Shown here: piece after piece, positions 1 through 8,307 of the stretch
Numbering within the stretch: position 1 is the stretch's first letter
Layout of the letters: every line of letters begins with the position of its first letter
DNA from: Chlamydiota bacterium
GTDB taxonomy: Bacteria > Chlamydiota > Chlamydiia > Chlamydiales > RGXB01
Direction of reading: 5' to 3'
DNA length: 18,528 nucleotides
NCBI GenBank assembly: GCA_947494155.1
Contig: CANLTW010000022.1
Coordinates: forward strand, 1-18,528
Notes under the pieces: generated by a model
Databases searched by the model: none
What the model was told of the DNA's origin: nothing
Seen by the model: only the letters and a program-made list of their open reading frames with translations
Program-made: the position numbers and the translations under genes

Positions 1-1806
1 TATTCAAATTTACCAACTCATGATCAACATCTTAGCGATTTGTTTAAAGATCAATACTCTTTCGAAACAGGTGTAGAGGTTCGTCGGTGTAGTGATTATC
101 CCCTAGAAGAACTTAAGGGACTAAATCCAGAGCGCCTGAAGCTACAAGAGTCCTTTTCTAGCTTTAATGGGTTCCATTCATCGAAAAAAAATCTTCTGCA
201 AACTGCTGTTACTTTAAGAGAACTACACTCAGAGGGAAGTAACGTAAGTGGCGGTATGAAAATTAAAGAAGAGCATATCGGCTTTTCTCTAGCCCCCGTA
301 AAGGACTATAGCGTTTCTATCCCCACTAAAGAAACTAATGACCAGCCTAAATTCACACTGGTTAATCGCTATTTCCGAAACAGCCTTTTCAATGGCAGCT
401 CCTACGAACAAGAAGGGAAAACTATTGAGATCAAAGATGCCTGTTCGTCCTGCTGGGATAGGACTGATCATGAAATCCCCTCCTGGCGTCTAACAGAGAC
501 TGAAACAAAGGAATCCATTTTTTACGCTGGAAGACCTGATACCGAACAAAGAGCAAAAATTCAGGGTATAGACATCTTCTTGAACGAACTTAGGACCGGC
601 AAACTTAAGGGGTTTTTCCCTTTAGAAGACCAAACAATTGAGCTCCATTATGTTGTCGATTCTCTCACAAACCCCACCGATGGTCTATCTGGATGGAGAA
701 AAAAACTAGGGGCCGGCCAGGCTCTCGATGAGAGAAAATCGCTTGAATGGGAAATGGATGCTTTAAAAAATTTAAGAAGTTCCGACGAACCCATAAAAAT
801 CGAATATGGGGGAAAAAATTATTCCATTCTTTTACGCCCGATGCACACCCATAATACTGTCAGCTGTATGGGAACCTTTAATACCTTTAATGACACGGGA
901 AAAGAGCTTGAGAACAGCATTAATTCTGATTCCTACACCCAACTCCAAGCCCTTTTTGAAAAAAGGAAGGGAAAATTAAACAAAAAACTTGAAGTAATCG
1001 GGGATGAAATTGTAGCTAAACTTGGTGATGGAAAAAACAGCACTAGTGTACCTGTGCATATTCGCCTTGCCATGGTGGACATGTTGGCTAAAATCCTCGA
1101 GGTCCCCATAGTACACCACTGTAAAAGTGTTGTAGACAGAACCTCAGGAGCTGGGGCTGTATCGGTGGCTAACCAGATTGTCTACGAAGATCTTAAATCC
1201 CCAACACCACAGTTTTCAGGGAAATTTGAAGATATCGTCAGCTCACCAAAATACAAAAATCTGTTTCATAAAGGGCTTCAAAGCCAGTTAAGCGTTTCCG
1301 CAGATCTTCGTTCAGCCGTTGATCCGTCAGGGGAATTAAACACAAAAAGGGTTCTTCCAGGGTTTATGTGGCACTCAGAACCGGAAGTGCAAGCGCACGG
1401 TTTCATCCCCTTGATCCCAGAGGCTGGGCTAAAACACTTCTCTTTAATCCAAAAAATTAAAAATTATGCAAAACAATGCTTCATTCTGCTAATCCAACTT
1501 GTCTTTTTTCCAGCTACGCTTGTTTTGGGGTTACCGTTTGTTAAACCTACCTGGATTAAACTAGATAAAGTACTAAATTTGGAATCGAATTTATTATCTG
1601 AGGGGGGCACAAGGCCACTTTTAGAGGGTCCTGCAAACAAAAGATTTAAAGAGGATCTTAAAAAAGGAATACGAGATGCTCAAATGACCCTAAAGGCCAA
1701 GGCCGATCCCCTTAAAAACCAACTTTCTCAAAAGGGACGGGAGGCCATTTATGGAGAAGAGCCTAGGGACGTAGAGCTCGTTGAATTGAAAAATAAAGAT
1801 ATTTAG
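1..1806 (+). CDS. SopB/IpgD-like inositol/phosphoinositide phosphatase (CX5R), 5'-partial, candidate secreted effector with C-terminal hydrophobic segment
   Basis: Frame 1 is open from base 1 (YSNLPTHDQHLSDLFKDQ...), so the true start is probably upstream of the window. The motif HHCKSVVDRT (CKSVVDRT at 1120-1143) resembles CKSGKDRT of SopB/IpgD and CKSAKDRT of INPP4. A hydrophobic stretch FILLIQLVFFPATLVLGLPFV lies at ~1480-1542. Confidence 0.7.
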   Translation, partial: YSNLPTHDQHLSDLFKDQYSFETGVEVRRCSDYPLEELKGLNPERLKLQESFSSFNGFHSSKKNLLQTAVTLRELHSEGSNVSGGMKIKEEHIGFSLAPVKDYSVSIPTKETNDQPKFTLVNRYFRNSLFNGSSYEQEGKTIEIKDACSSCWDRTDHEIPSWRLTETETKESIFYAGRPDTEQRAKIQGIDIFLNELRTGKLKGFFPLEDQTIELHYVVDSLTNPTDGLSGWRKKLGAGQALDERKSLEWEMDALKNLRSSDEPIKIEYGGKNYSILLRPMHTHNTVSCMGTFNTFNDTGKELENSINSDSYTQLQALFEKRKGKLNKKLEVIGDEIVAKLGDGKNSTSVPVHIRLAMVDMLAKILEVPIVHHCKSVVDRTSGAGAVSVANQIVYEDLKSPTPQFSGKFEDIVSSPKYKNLFHKGLQSQLSVSADLRSAVDPSGELNTKRVLPGFMWHSEPEVQAHGFIPLIPEAGLKHFSLIQKIKNYAKQCFILLIQLVFFPATLVLGLPFVKPTWIKLDKVLNLESNLLSEGGTRPLLEGPANKRFKEDLKKGIRDAQMTLKAKADPLKNQLSQKGREAIYGEEPRDVELVELKNKDI

Positions 1807-1856
1807 TAAAATTGGAGGGTAGCACGCATCAAGGCGGCGCCCTCCCTTTTTTTGTA
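1775..1856. repeat. Imperfect direct repeat, copy 1 (~82 bp)
   Basis: agctcgttgaattgaaaaataaagatatttagtaaaattggagggtagcacgcatcaaggcggcgccctcccttttttt-gta matches 2214-2298 with 2 substitutions and 3 single-base indels. Confidence 0.95.
1814..1853 (+). terminator. Rho-independent terminator candidate for the phosphatase gene
   Basis: A GGAGGGT...GCCCTCC stem with inner CGC/GCG pairing is followed by T7, just after the TAG at 1804-1806. Confidence 0.6.
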
Positions 1857-2088
1857 CTGGGTCATGAGAATAAGGTTTTTAGCTGTAAGCTTGAGGAACT
1901 TATTCGTTCGCCGTTGATACCCCTCGGCACCCCCCCCTGAATCTCCTTTTTTTTGTTTTTACATTTAGTTCTAGCCTCCAAGGATTGATCTTTTTTGCTT
2001 GGTTTGGAATGCTTCTTTATACTTTTCTCCTTTTTTCTGCCTGATAAGGTAAAAGCTTTTTGTTTACAATCTAACGTTATAAAGCTGT

Positions 2089-2145
2089 ATGCTCGAAGAA
2101 CTTAGTCCTCCTTAGGCTGGGGAGCATCTTAAAGAGGACTACTTG
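2089..2145 (+). pseudogene. Possible degraded N-terminal fragment of a HigA-family antitoxin
   Basis: Translates as MLEELSPP*AGEHLKEDYL, resembling the HigA N-terminal PxHPGEILxEE(F/Y)L motif. There is an in-frame stop and no recognisable HTH follows. Confidence 0.3.
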
Positions 2146-2213
2146 AGAAAGAAGTTTTGATAATAGATAAGACGCGGTTTGAGCAGATAAAAGAGCATTC
2201 TTTTTTAAAAAAA

Positions 2214-2298
2214 AGCTCGTTGAATAGAAAAATCAAGATATTCTAGTAAAATTGGAGGGTAGCACGCATCAAGGCGGCGCCCTCCCCTTTTTTTTGTA
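2214..2298. repeat. Imperfect direct repeat, copy 2 (~85 bp), containing the 3' end of the GH5 gene
   Basis: agctcgttgaatagaaaaatcaagatattctagtaaaattggagggtagcacgcatcaaggcggcgccctcccctttttttt-gta. Confidence 0.95.
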
Positions 2299-4024
2299 TC
2301 GGATCTAGAGGGGTTAGAAAAAGGGTACTTGCTTTTCTAATGATGGGAAATTCCAGATTTTCTTTAAGCTCGAATTCGTTAGGGCAATAAATTTCTAATG
2401 GAGCCTGATTGATAGGATCTTGCAGCCATTCAAGAGATAAAATTTTTTGAGCGGGATCAAAGGTAAACTTAAGGAGTTCTCCAGGGATCCTTTGCGGGTA
2501 GGGTCTAAGAAATGGGGTCAAATCATTTTCCTCCCCCTCTTTATAGATAGAAAAATTCTCAAAATTCCAGGCATCTCCTTGTGGTGAATAGTGCCAAAAA
2601 GTCGCCGAGAGCCTCTGTTTTTCCAAAAGGGTAAACAGTCTATCGAAGCATTTTTTTCGATCAGTAACAGAGATATCACGGGAAAAGCCGGTTTCCGACA
2701 GCAAAGATGGCACTGGATGGTTGGAGAGTATTTCGAGCTCTTTTTCCATTTTTTTCAAAATATAAGAGGATCTACCCCAAACCACTCTTTTCTCCAAGTG
2801 GGAGTAGCTAAGGTTAGAGAGGTATTTTTTTAAGTAAAACGCGATTCCCTCATACCAATGAAAGGAGAAGACCGCATTTGTTTGCAGGCTTTCGGGAAGC
2901 GTTGGAATATTTTCCCCTACCAAACCCTCGATAAACAAAAGATAATTGGGGTGTACTTTGTTCAATCGCTCTTTGAGCTTTTCCACAAAAGGGAGATAAA
3001 AATCTCTTTGGAAATCCAAAGGGAAATGTCTAAAGGTAAAGTAGTAGGGGTTCAAAAGATGAAATCTCCCCTTTTCTTTACTATAAACACCCTCTTTTTC
3101 AAAAGGGCATCCATCTTTAAATATGCCTATACTTTTGGGATTTAATAGTATGGTACCCGTCTGAAATAGACCTGTCCATTTTCTTTCGAACACCTCCACT
3201 TCACAACTCAAGCCCGCGCCGATCTTTAAGGAGTCCATGTATTTTGGGGAGGGTCCAAGGGGATTGTCTGGACGCTCGTGAAGATTTTTTCCAATCAGAC
3301 CCGCGCTGGGCTCATTCATGGTGTTGCACCCTACTACAAAAGGGTTTTCTTTAAGTCTTTCCATCAAATGACAGACAGCCTCTATGTAGTGGCTCTGAAG
3401 GAACTCCTGGATGTTTTTTTCCCCTACTCGTAATGAGGGTGTGAATGTCTCTCCTCCAAAAAAAAGGGTAAACATGGTTTGGCAAGCGATTCTATTGTAA
3501 TTCAAATACCACGCTAGATGCAGGTATTCGGGATTTTGTTTTTCCAAATGACGAGGATCCACCAGGGCATCTGCTTCAAAAAGTCGTTTAAGGTCTAAAC
3601 CGGCAGCTTCAAGAGCCCAGCGAGGGGCACCACTGCCAAAAAGATGGCGCGAGAATAGATCTTGATGCATATCAATCACTACATAAATACCCCTTTCAGC
3701 AGCCAATCGGCAAAAATCGACCACGTAAGTAATATATTCCTCGTCGTAAACTTTTGGCCCTTTGCCCTCGATCGCTTCCCATGTAGTGAGAAACCGGATA
3801 TGATTCATCCCTAAATCTTTTATCCTGTCAAGATGCTCTTTTGCCTCCTCTAATGGAAAAGGTCTATTGACAAACGAGCCGTTTTCTGAAGAGGGGTACT
3901 TACAGATTCCGGATACATTTACTCCCCTCAAAAGGAGCTCGCGCCCCTTCTCATCAAGAAATTTTTTCCCTTTCGTAGTGATCGATAAAAAAATAAGAGG
4001 AACACAAAGGAGGTATTGCAGCAT
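2243..4024 (-). CDS. Glycoside hydrolase family 5, endoglycoceramidase-related (EGCase/EGCrP-like), with C-terminal beta-sandwich domain
   Basis: Motifs LRGVNVSG, RFLTTWEAIE, DMHQDLFSR, GSGAPRW, NTMNEP (acid/base Glu), FHWY, SETG (nucleophile Glu), W..ENFSI and RPYPQRIPG. Confidence 0.9.
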   Translation of the reverse strand: MLQYLLCVPLIFLSITTKGKKFLDEKGRELLLRGVNVSGICKYPSSENGSFVNRPFPLEEAKEHLDRIKDLGMNHIRFLTTWEAIEGKGPKVYDEEYITYVVDFCRLAAERGIYVVIDMHQDLFSRHLFGSGAPRWALEAAGLDLKRLFEADALVDPRHLEKQNPEYLHLAWYLNYNRIACQTMFTLFFGGETFTPSLRVGEKNIQEFLQSHYIEAVCHLMERLKENPFVVGCNTMNEPSAGLIGKNLHERPDNPLGPSPKYMDSLKIGAGLSCEVEVFERKWTGLFQTGTILLNPKSIGIFKDGCPFEKEGVYSKEKGRFHLLNPYYFTFRHFPLDFQRDFYLPFVEKLKERLNKVHPNYLLFIEGLVGENIPTLPESLQTNAVFSFHWYEGIAFYLKKYLSNLSYSHLEKRVVWGRSSYILKKMEKELEILSNHPVPSLLSETGFSRDISVTDRKKCFDRLFTLLEKQRLSATFWHYSPQGDAWNFENFSIYKEGEENDLTPFLRPYPQRIPGELLKFTFDPAQKILSLEWLQDPINQAPLEIYCPNEFELKENLEFPIIRKASTLFLTPLDPIQKKGEGAALMRATLQFY

Positions 4025-4037
4025 TTAAAAGGTACCA

Positions 4038-5810
4038 CTATTTAAATTGTAATTTTATCTGGTGTTGGTAAACCGACGGATCGGGATAGAATTCGATCTT
4101 ACTCTCTTCTTTTAATATTTGAAACTGCCCCAATGTAAAAGAGCCCGAAACATAATCGAATGAGGGGGGAACCCAAATTCTTACAGGGCTTGATGAGGAG
4201 TTTTTGAACCAAAATCGCAATACAAAACTCTTTTTAAACGGATCGTAAGCCTGATGGGTAACGTAACCGGGCAAAAGCTCTACGTGGGGGGATAAAAATG
4301 GGGCGTAGTCATTTTTTTCCCCCTCCTGATAGATCGTAAAATTCTCGTGATTCCAAAGATCCCCTTTAGGGGCATATTGCCAGACAAAATAGCTTAAATC
4401 AAGCCGGTCAACAGCACTCAATGTTCTATGAAAAGCTCTAAGGCGCTGTTTTGACCCATCTTCAAAGAGAAAGCGGCCCACATCCCGTGTTACACCCGTT
4501 TCGGTAATGACGGTCGGAGCATCTTTGCCTAACCTTTTTTTGTTTTCCAAATCAATATGTTTGAAATCCTCTAAAACGGCACGACTCACTTTAAAGGGGA
4601 AACCAAAACGAATTTTTTTGAAAAAAATACTGTAGTGTAAAAGAGGGATATATTGCTTGAATACCATGGTAAAGGGTTCATAATAATGGATTGAAGCGAC
4701 AAGATTTTTCAAAGCATCCTCAACTAGAAAGGGGGAGAGCTCCCCAACCCCCTGCTCAATAAAAAAGGACCATTTAGGATATTTTTTTCCAATTTTTTCC
4801 CCGATTGAAAGGATAAACGGGCGGTAAAAGTGCTGATCAAACGAACTTTTTTTCCCATTTTTAAAATAATTCGGTTTTAATAGTTCGGGATAGCCTTCGC
4901 TATTGATTTTGTATACCCCGTGTTTTTCCCAAATACACCCGTTTTTCCAAATAGGGATCTGATGTGGATTCAGTATTCTCTTTTCTTTCTCTTTTTTTCT
5001 AAAATACGAAAATTTAATGAACGGAACCGATTGGGGAAGGCCTGCCCCTATCAAAATCGATTGATAGGGTGAAGGGGATATCCCTAAATCCATAAACATA
5101 TGGGATTCCTTTAACGCCGAGCCTATCAAACCGGGGTTTGGTTCATTCATGGTATTAAAACCTATGATCCAGGGATTTAAAGAGATTTTTTCTAATAGTT
5201 TATCTAAGGCCTTTATGTAGTGGTCTTGCAGAAAATCCTGGATATTTTGCCCCTCCACTTCAAGCTTCGGAGCGAAAGTTTTTCCCCCAAAAAAAAGGGT
5301 GAACATCGTTTGACACGCAATTCGTCTATAGGCGTTGAACCAATTAAGATGCTTAAGCTCTTTTTCCTCATGGTGCTTTGGATGGATGACCGCATCTGCT
5401 TTTACCACCACGCTTAGGTTAATACCAGCAGCTTCAATTGCCCACGCAGGGGCTCCACTTCCGAAAAAATACCGGGAAAAGAGATCTTGGTGCATATCGA
5501 TGAGGATATAAAAACCATAGGAGCCCGCCTTTTTAAGGAATCTGTCCACAAAATCTAAATATTCTTCATCGTATTTCATTGGTCCTGAACGCTCAATAGC
5601 ATCCCAGGTGACAATGTAACGAATTGCATTGAAACCCAATTCTTTTAACCGTGAGAAATGGGAGTCGGACTCCTCCACAGAAAAAGGGATATTTATATAG
5701 GAGTCGGTCTGTAAATCGGGTGTTTTGGAGGCTCCCGAAAGGTTGATCCCTTTGAAACGTACCCTTGCACCCTCTTTGTCCCAGAAAAAACCCTCTTGAA
5801 CCGTAAGCAA
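4038..5810 (-). CDS. Glycoside hydrolase family 5, endoglycoceramidase-related, tandem paralog
   Basis: Motifs FKGINLSG, RYIVTWDAIE, DMHQDLFSR, GSGAPAW, RIACQTMFTLFFGG, NTMNEP, IHYY, TETG and WNHENFTI. TTG start. Confidence 0.9.
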   Translation of the reverse strand: MLTVQEGFFWDKEGARVRFKGINLSGASKTPDLQTDSYINIPFSVEESDSHFSRLKELGFNAIRYIVTWDAIERSGPMKYDEEYLDFVDRFLKKAGSYGFYILIDMHQDLFSRYFFGSGAPAWAIEAAGINLSVVVKADAVIHPKHHEEKELKHLNWFNAYRRIACQTMFTLFFGGKTFAPKLEVEGQNIQDFLQDHYIKALDKLLEKISLNPWIIGFNTMNEPNPGLIGSALKESHMFMDLGISPSPYQSILIGAGLPQSVPFIKFSYFRKKEKEKRILNPHQIPIWKNGCIWEKHGVYKINSEGYPELLKPNYFKNGKKSSFDQHFYRPFILSIGEKIGKKYPKWSFFIEQGVGELSPFLVEDALKNLVASIHYYEPFTMVFKQYIPLLHYSIFFKKIRFGFPFKVSRAVLEDFKHIDLENKKRLGKDAPTVITETGVTRDVGRFLFEDGSKQRLRAFHRTLSAVDRLDLSYFVWQYAPKGDLWNHENFTIYQEGEKNDYAPFLSPHVELLPGYVTHQAYDPFKKSFVLRFWFKNSSSSPVRIWVPPSFDYVSGSFTLGQFQILKEESKIEFYPDPSVYQHQIKLQFK

Positions 5811-5813
5811 ATA

Positions 5814-6899
5814 TCACCCCAACGGAATCGTGAGCAACGGCGCATTCGATTTTGCATCGGTCGCTTGAAGATTATAAAGCTGTAACAGCAAAACAAACGT
5901 CCGTTTGGACTGGATATCACCTAGATCTATGTAAAACCAGTACCCTTTATAATGGACTTTAACAAAGGATTCTTTTGGTTTGGTTTTAGAAACTTTTACC
6001 TGCATAAGACCATGTAAAACCTCCTGCCAGTCAAAAGGTTTTCCGTCTAGGCGATAGGTTAAATTCACCCATCCTTTGGAATAATGTTCTTGAGGAATCT
6101 CTACGCCAAAGGCAAGATGGTACATCATGGTTAAAACTGAACGGGGAAGAATTCCTATTTCATTGAACTGGTTGATTTCAATATCCAAACGGATTCTATA
6201 ACGCCCTTTTTCCTTTTTTCCATAAGGTAAAAGATACGTCAGCTCATCGGTATTAGGGTTATCGATAGGAACAGAAATTTCCAAGGCATTGGCAACTAAG
6301 GTATCCGTATCTGCAGTTTTTTTCTTTTTGGTCTCTACTCCCAGTGTCAATTCATCGATATCCTGGAAATATTTTAATAGCTCACACAGTCTCCCAAAAC
6401 GGCGATATTTTGGGGGGATATCGGCAAAGGGGCCGTTGCGCGCGTTAGAGAGCTCATCGATGTTTTGAATGGTCAATCTAAAAACCCTATCAACATCCCA
6501 ACCGGAGTAGATAAGCTGCACAATATTCATGAGGTCGATAGGCTTCATCATATGTCTAATGAAATCAGCCCCCTCAAGAGGAGCATATTGGATTGTAGGG
6601 ACGCTTGACCACGAGATCTCCCCACCCAGCGTTGTGGGGTTATCAATCGAAAATCCGGGTATCGGAAAAAGGGCGGAAGCCTTTGTTGTTTCGGAAAATT
6701 GGGAGGTGATATTCGCAACATCCAAAAAGAAGGGGAAATCACCGTAACGCAAACGCACCAGATTTAAAAGCATCTGCTCATTATTGGTTTCCTGAATCAA
6801 TACGTTATAAGAATTTCGACCGGCACTACCCGTCATCGCGGTTCTTGAAGAGACGTTACATCCTAGTAAACATATGAAAATGAGTGCGTTGCGCCACAT
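5814..6899 (-). CDS. Conserved hypothetical lipoprotein
   Basis: Signal peptide with lipobox-like LLGC. The block EQMLLNLVRLRYGDFPFFLDV and the C-terminal V.Y.GYWFYI...D..SK.TF.LL resemble a widespread uncharacterised family. It ends 3 nt before the GH5 start. Confidence 0.75.
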   Translation of the reverse strand: MWRNALIFICLLGCNVSSRTAMTGSAGRNSYNVLIQETNNEQMLLNLVRLRYGDFPFFLDVANITSQFSETTKASALFPIPGFSIDNPTTLGGEISWSSVPTIQYAPLEGADFIRHMMKPIDLMNIVQLIYSGWDVDRVFRLTIQNIDELSNARNGPFADIPPKYRRFGRLCELLKYFQDIDELTLGVETKKKKTADTDTLVANALEISVPIDNPNTDELTYLLPYGKKEKGRYRIRLDIEINQFNEIGILPRSVLTMMYHLAFGVEIPQEHYSKGWVNLTYRLDGKPFDWQEVLHGLMQVKVSKTKPKESFVKVHYKGYWFYIDLGDIQSKRTFVLLLQLYNLQATDAKSNAPLLTIPLG

Positions 6900-7001
6900 A
6901 ACGCCCTTCTAAAGATTTACCACATTTTTGTACATATGAGAAAACATGATGCTGCAAATTGTTTTTTGGTTTTATTGAAAAAACGTTATGCTCTGCAGTT
7001 T

Positions 7002-7781
7002 ATGGAATGGTGGATTTTCCCCCTCATAGGGGCTTTTGGGGGCTTTTTGGCAGGCCTAGGCGGACTTGGCGGAGGGATTATTATTTCTCCCCTTTTGGTT
7101 TTGACTCTTCAAGATCCTTTACAAGCGGTTGCTACCTCTCTTGCCTCCATGACAGTTCCTACATCCATATCTGCCTATTTGCATGCTAAGCAACGCTCCG
7201 TCGATTTTTCCTCCTACAGAAAAATGTTTCCGGGGGTATTGATTGGAAGTTTTTTAGGGGCATACATTGCAAAAGAGGTGAATCAAGAATTTTTAAGAAA
7301 CTTTTTCGGAGTATTCCTCCTCCTGATCTCATTTTTTTTTCTAATTGGTGTGCGTAAAATCCCCTCTGGTTCAAAAAAAATCCACAAGTCGGGCGAACTC
7401 TTTCTTTTTGGACTCGGGTGCGCTAGCCTTGCCTCATTTATGGGTATCGGTGGAGGAGTGATTGCAACAATCTACTATTTTCTATCGGGTATATCCATTA
7501 AAACGATGTTGGGGTTGACCGCTATGGTTTCTATGAGTATCTCTTTTATAGGGGCACTCCCCTTGTTAAATCAAGTCAATTACCTCTGTTTTCTAGGCAT
7601 CGCACCTGTTAGCGCGCTTTTTGCCTATTTGGGTTTCAGAACCGCAAAAAGAATTGAGGGAAATGTGCTAGAAAAAATTCTTGGGATGGTTCTTTTCAGT
7701 CTGGGAATAGTATTACTTTACCCTATCCTAAGCAGGGCTTTTTTGGTGATAAGATGCGTACATCTTTTGCGGGGACTGTAA
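7002..7781 (+). CDS. Sulfite exporter TauE/SafE family membrane protein
   Basis: Repeated motifs GFLAGLGGLGGGIIISP and ASFMGIGGGVI, plus AVATSL and multiple TM helices. The ATG at 7002 is preferred over 6936 because the first TM segment starts there. Confidence 0.88.
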   Translation: MEWWIFPLIGAFGGFLAGLGGLGGGIIISPLLVLTLQDPLQAVATSLASMTVPTSISAYLHAKQRSVDFSSYRKMFPGVLIGSFLGAYIAKEVNQEFLRNFFGVFLLLISFFFLIGVRKIPSGSKKIHKSGELFLFGLGCASLASFMGIGGGVIATIYYFLSGISIKTMLGLTAMVSMSISFIGALPLLNQVNYLCFLGIAPVSALFAYLGFRTAKRIEGNVLEKILGMVLFSLGIVLLYPILSRAFLVIRCVHLLRGL

Positions 7782-8151
7782 AAAGGCTATGGGTTTGCAG
7801 TGTTTGCAATAGCTCAGGTATTTTTCGGATCAAACGTATAAGAGAAATACGCCGAACAAGCAGGCTTTTTTCATAGAAGATTTTCTCATAACGAAGCTTG
7901 TAGAGGTCCTGATGACGACAAACCTGGTCCACCTCTTGTACGCTGCAATCGGAGGTGTGCACATCTTCAATTCTTATTGTCCAACGGTAGCGCCCGATTT
8001 CGTAGCGGTAGGCGCCGTTTGGTAACGGCACATCAATCACACGTATCAAAGTAGAAAAAGCTTTTCCTTTACATTTCCCCGATTTCTTAGAAGCCGTTTG
8101 CCAACACGAAGCTATCTTTTGCAGGGAAAGTTGAGCAGATACCATGGGCAT
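7723..8151 (-). CDS. Hypothetical basic protein (142 aa)
   Basis: Fills an otherwise empty 7782-8151 gap. A TTGCTT-N17-TAAACT promoter candidate lies upstream. It overlaps the TauE 3' end convergently by 59 bp. Confidence 0.5.
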   Translation of the reverse strand: MPMVSAQLSLQKIASCWQTASKKSGKCKGKAFSTLIRVIDVPLPNGAYRYEIGRYRWTIRIEDVHTSDCSVQEVDQVCRHQDLYKLRYEKIFYEKSLLVRRISLIRLIRKIPELLQTLQTHSLFTVPAKDVRILSPKKPCLG

Positions 8152-8278
8152 TCTTTTGTTTTCTTTAAAGAGAGTTTAATAATACCTTAACATAAAAGCA
8201 AGGAAATTTTTTAAGATAAAAACGGATATATTTGCCCAAGATCCCTTTTTTTCTTTTATCAATAAAAAATGCTAAACA

Positions 8279-8303
8279 AAGACCTCTTAAAAAAAGAGGT
8301 CTT
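8279..8303 (-). terminator. Rho-independent terminator after malic enzyme
   Basis: Perfect 10-bp inverted repeat aagacctctt-N5-aagaggtctt directly after the stop codon, followed by T-rich sequence on the minus strand. Confidence 0.75.
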
Positions 8304-8307
8304 GAGA

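Noticed and set aside
1803..1865. Short minus-strand ORF MTQYKKREGAALMRATLQFY
   Set aside because: It is simply the duplicated GH5 tail with no RBS, a by-product of the duplication.
1775..2298. Direct repeats as a CRISPR array or IS ends
   Set aside because: There are only two copies, ~83 bp long and ~440 bp apart, made of gene 3' ends. No cas gene, transposase or terminal inverted repeats are visible.
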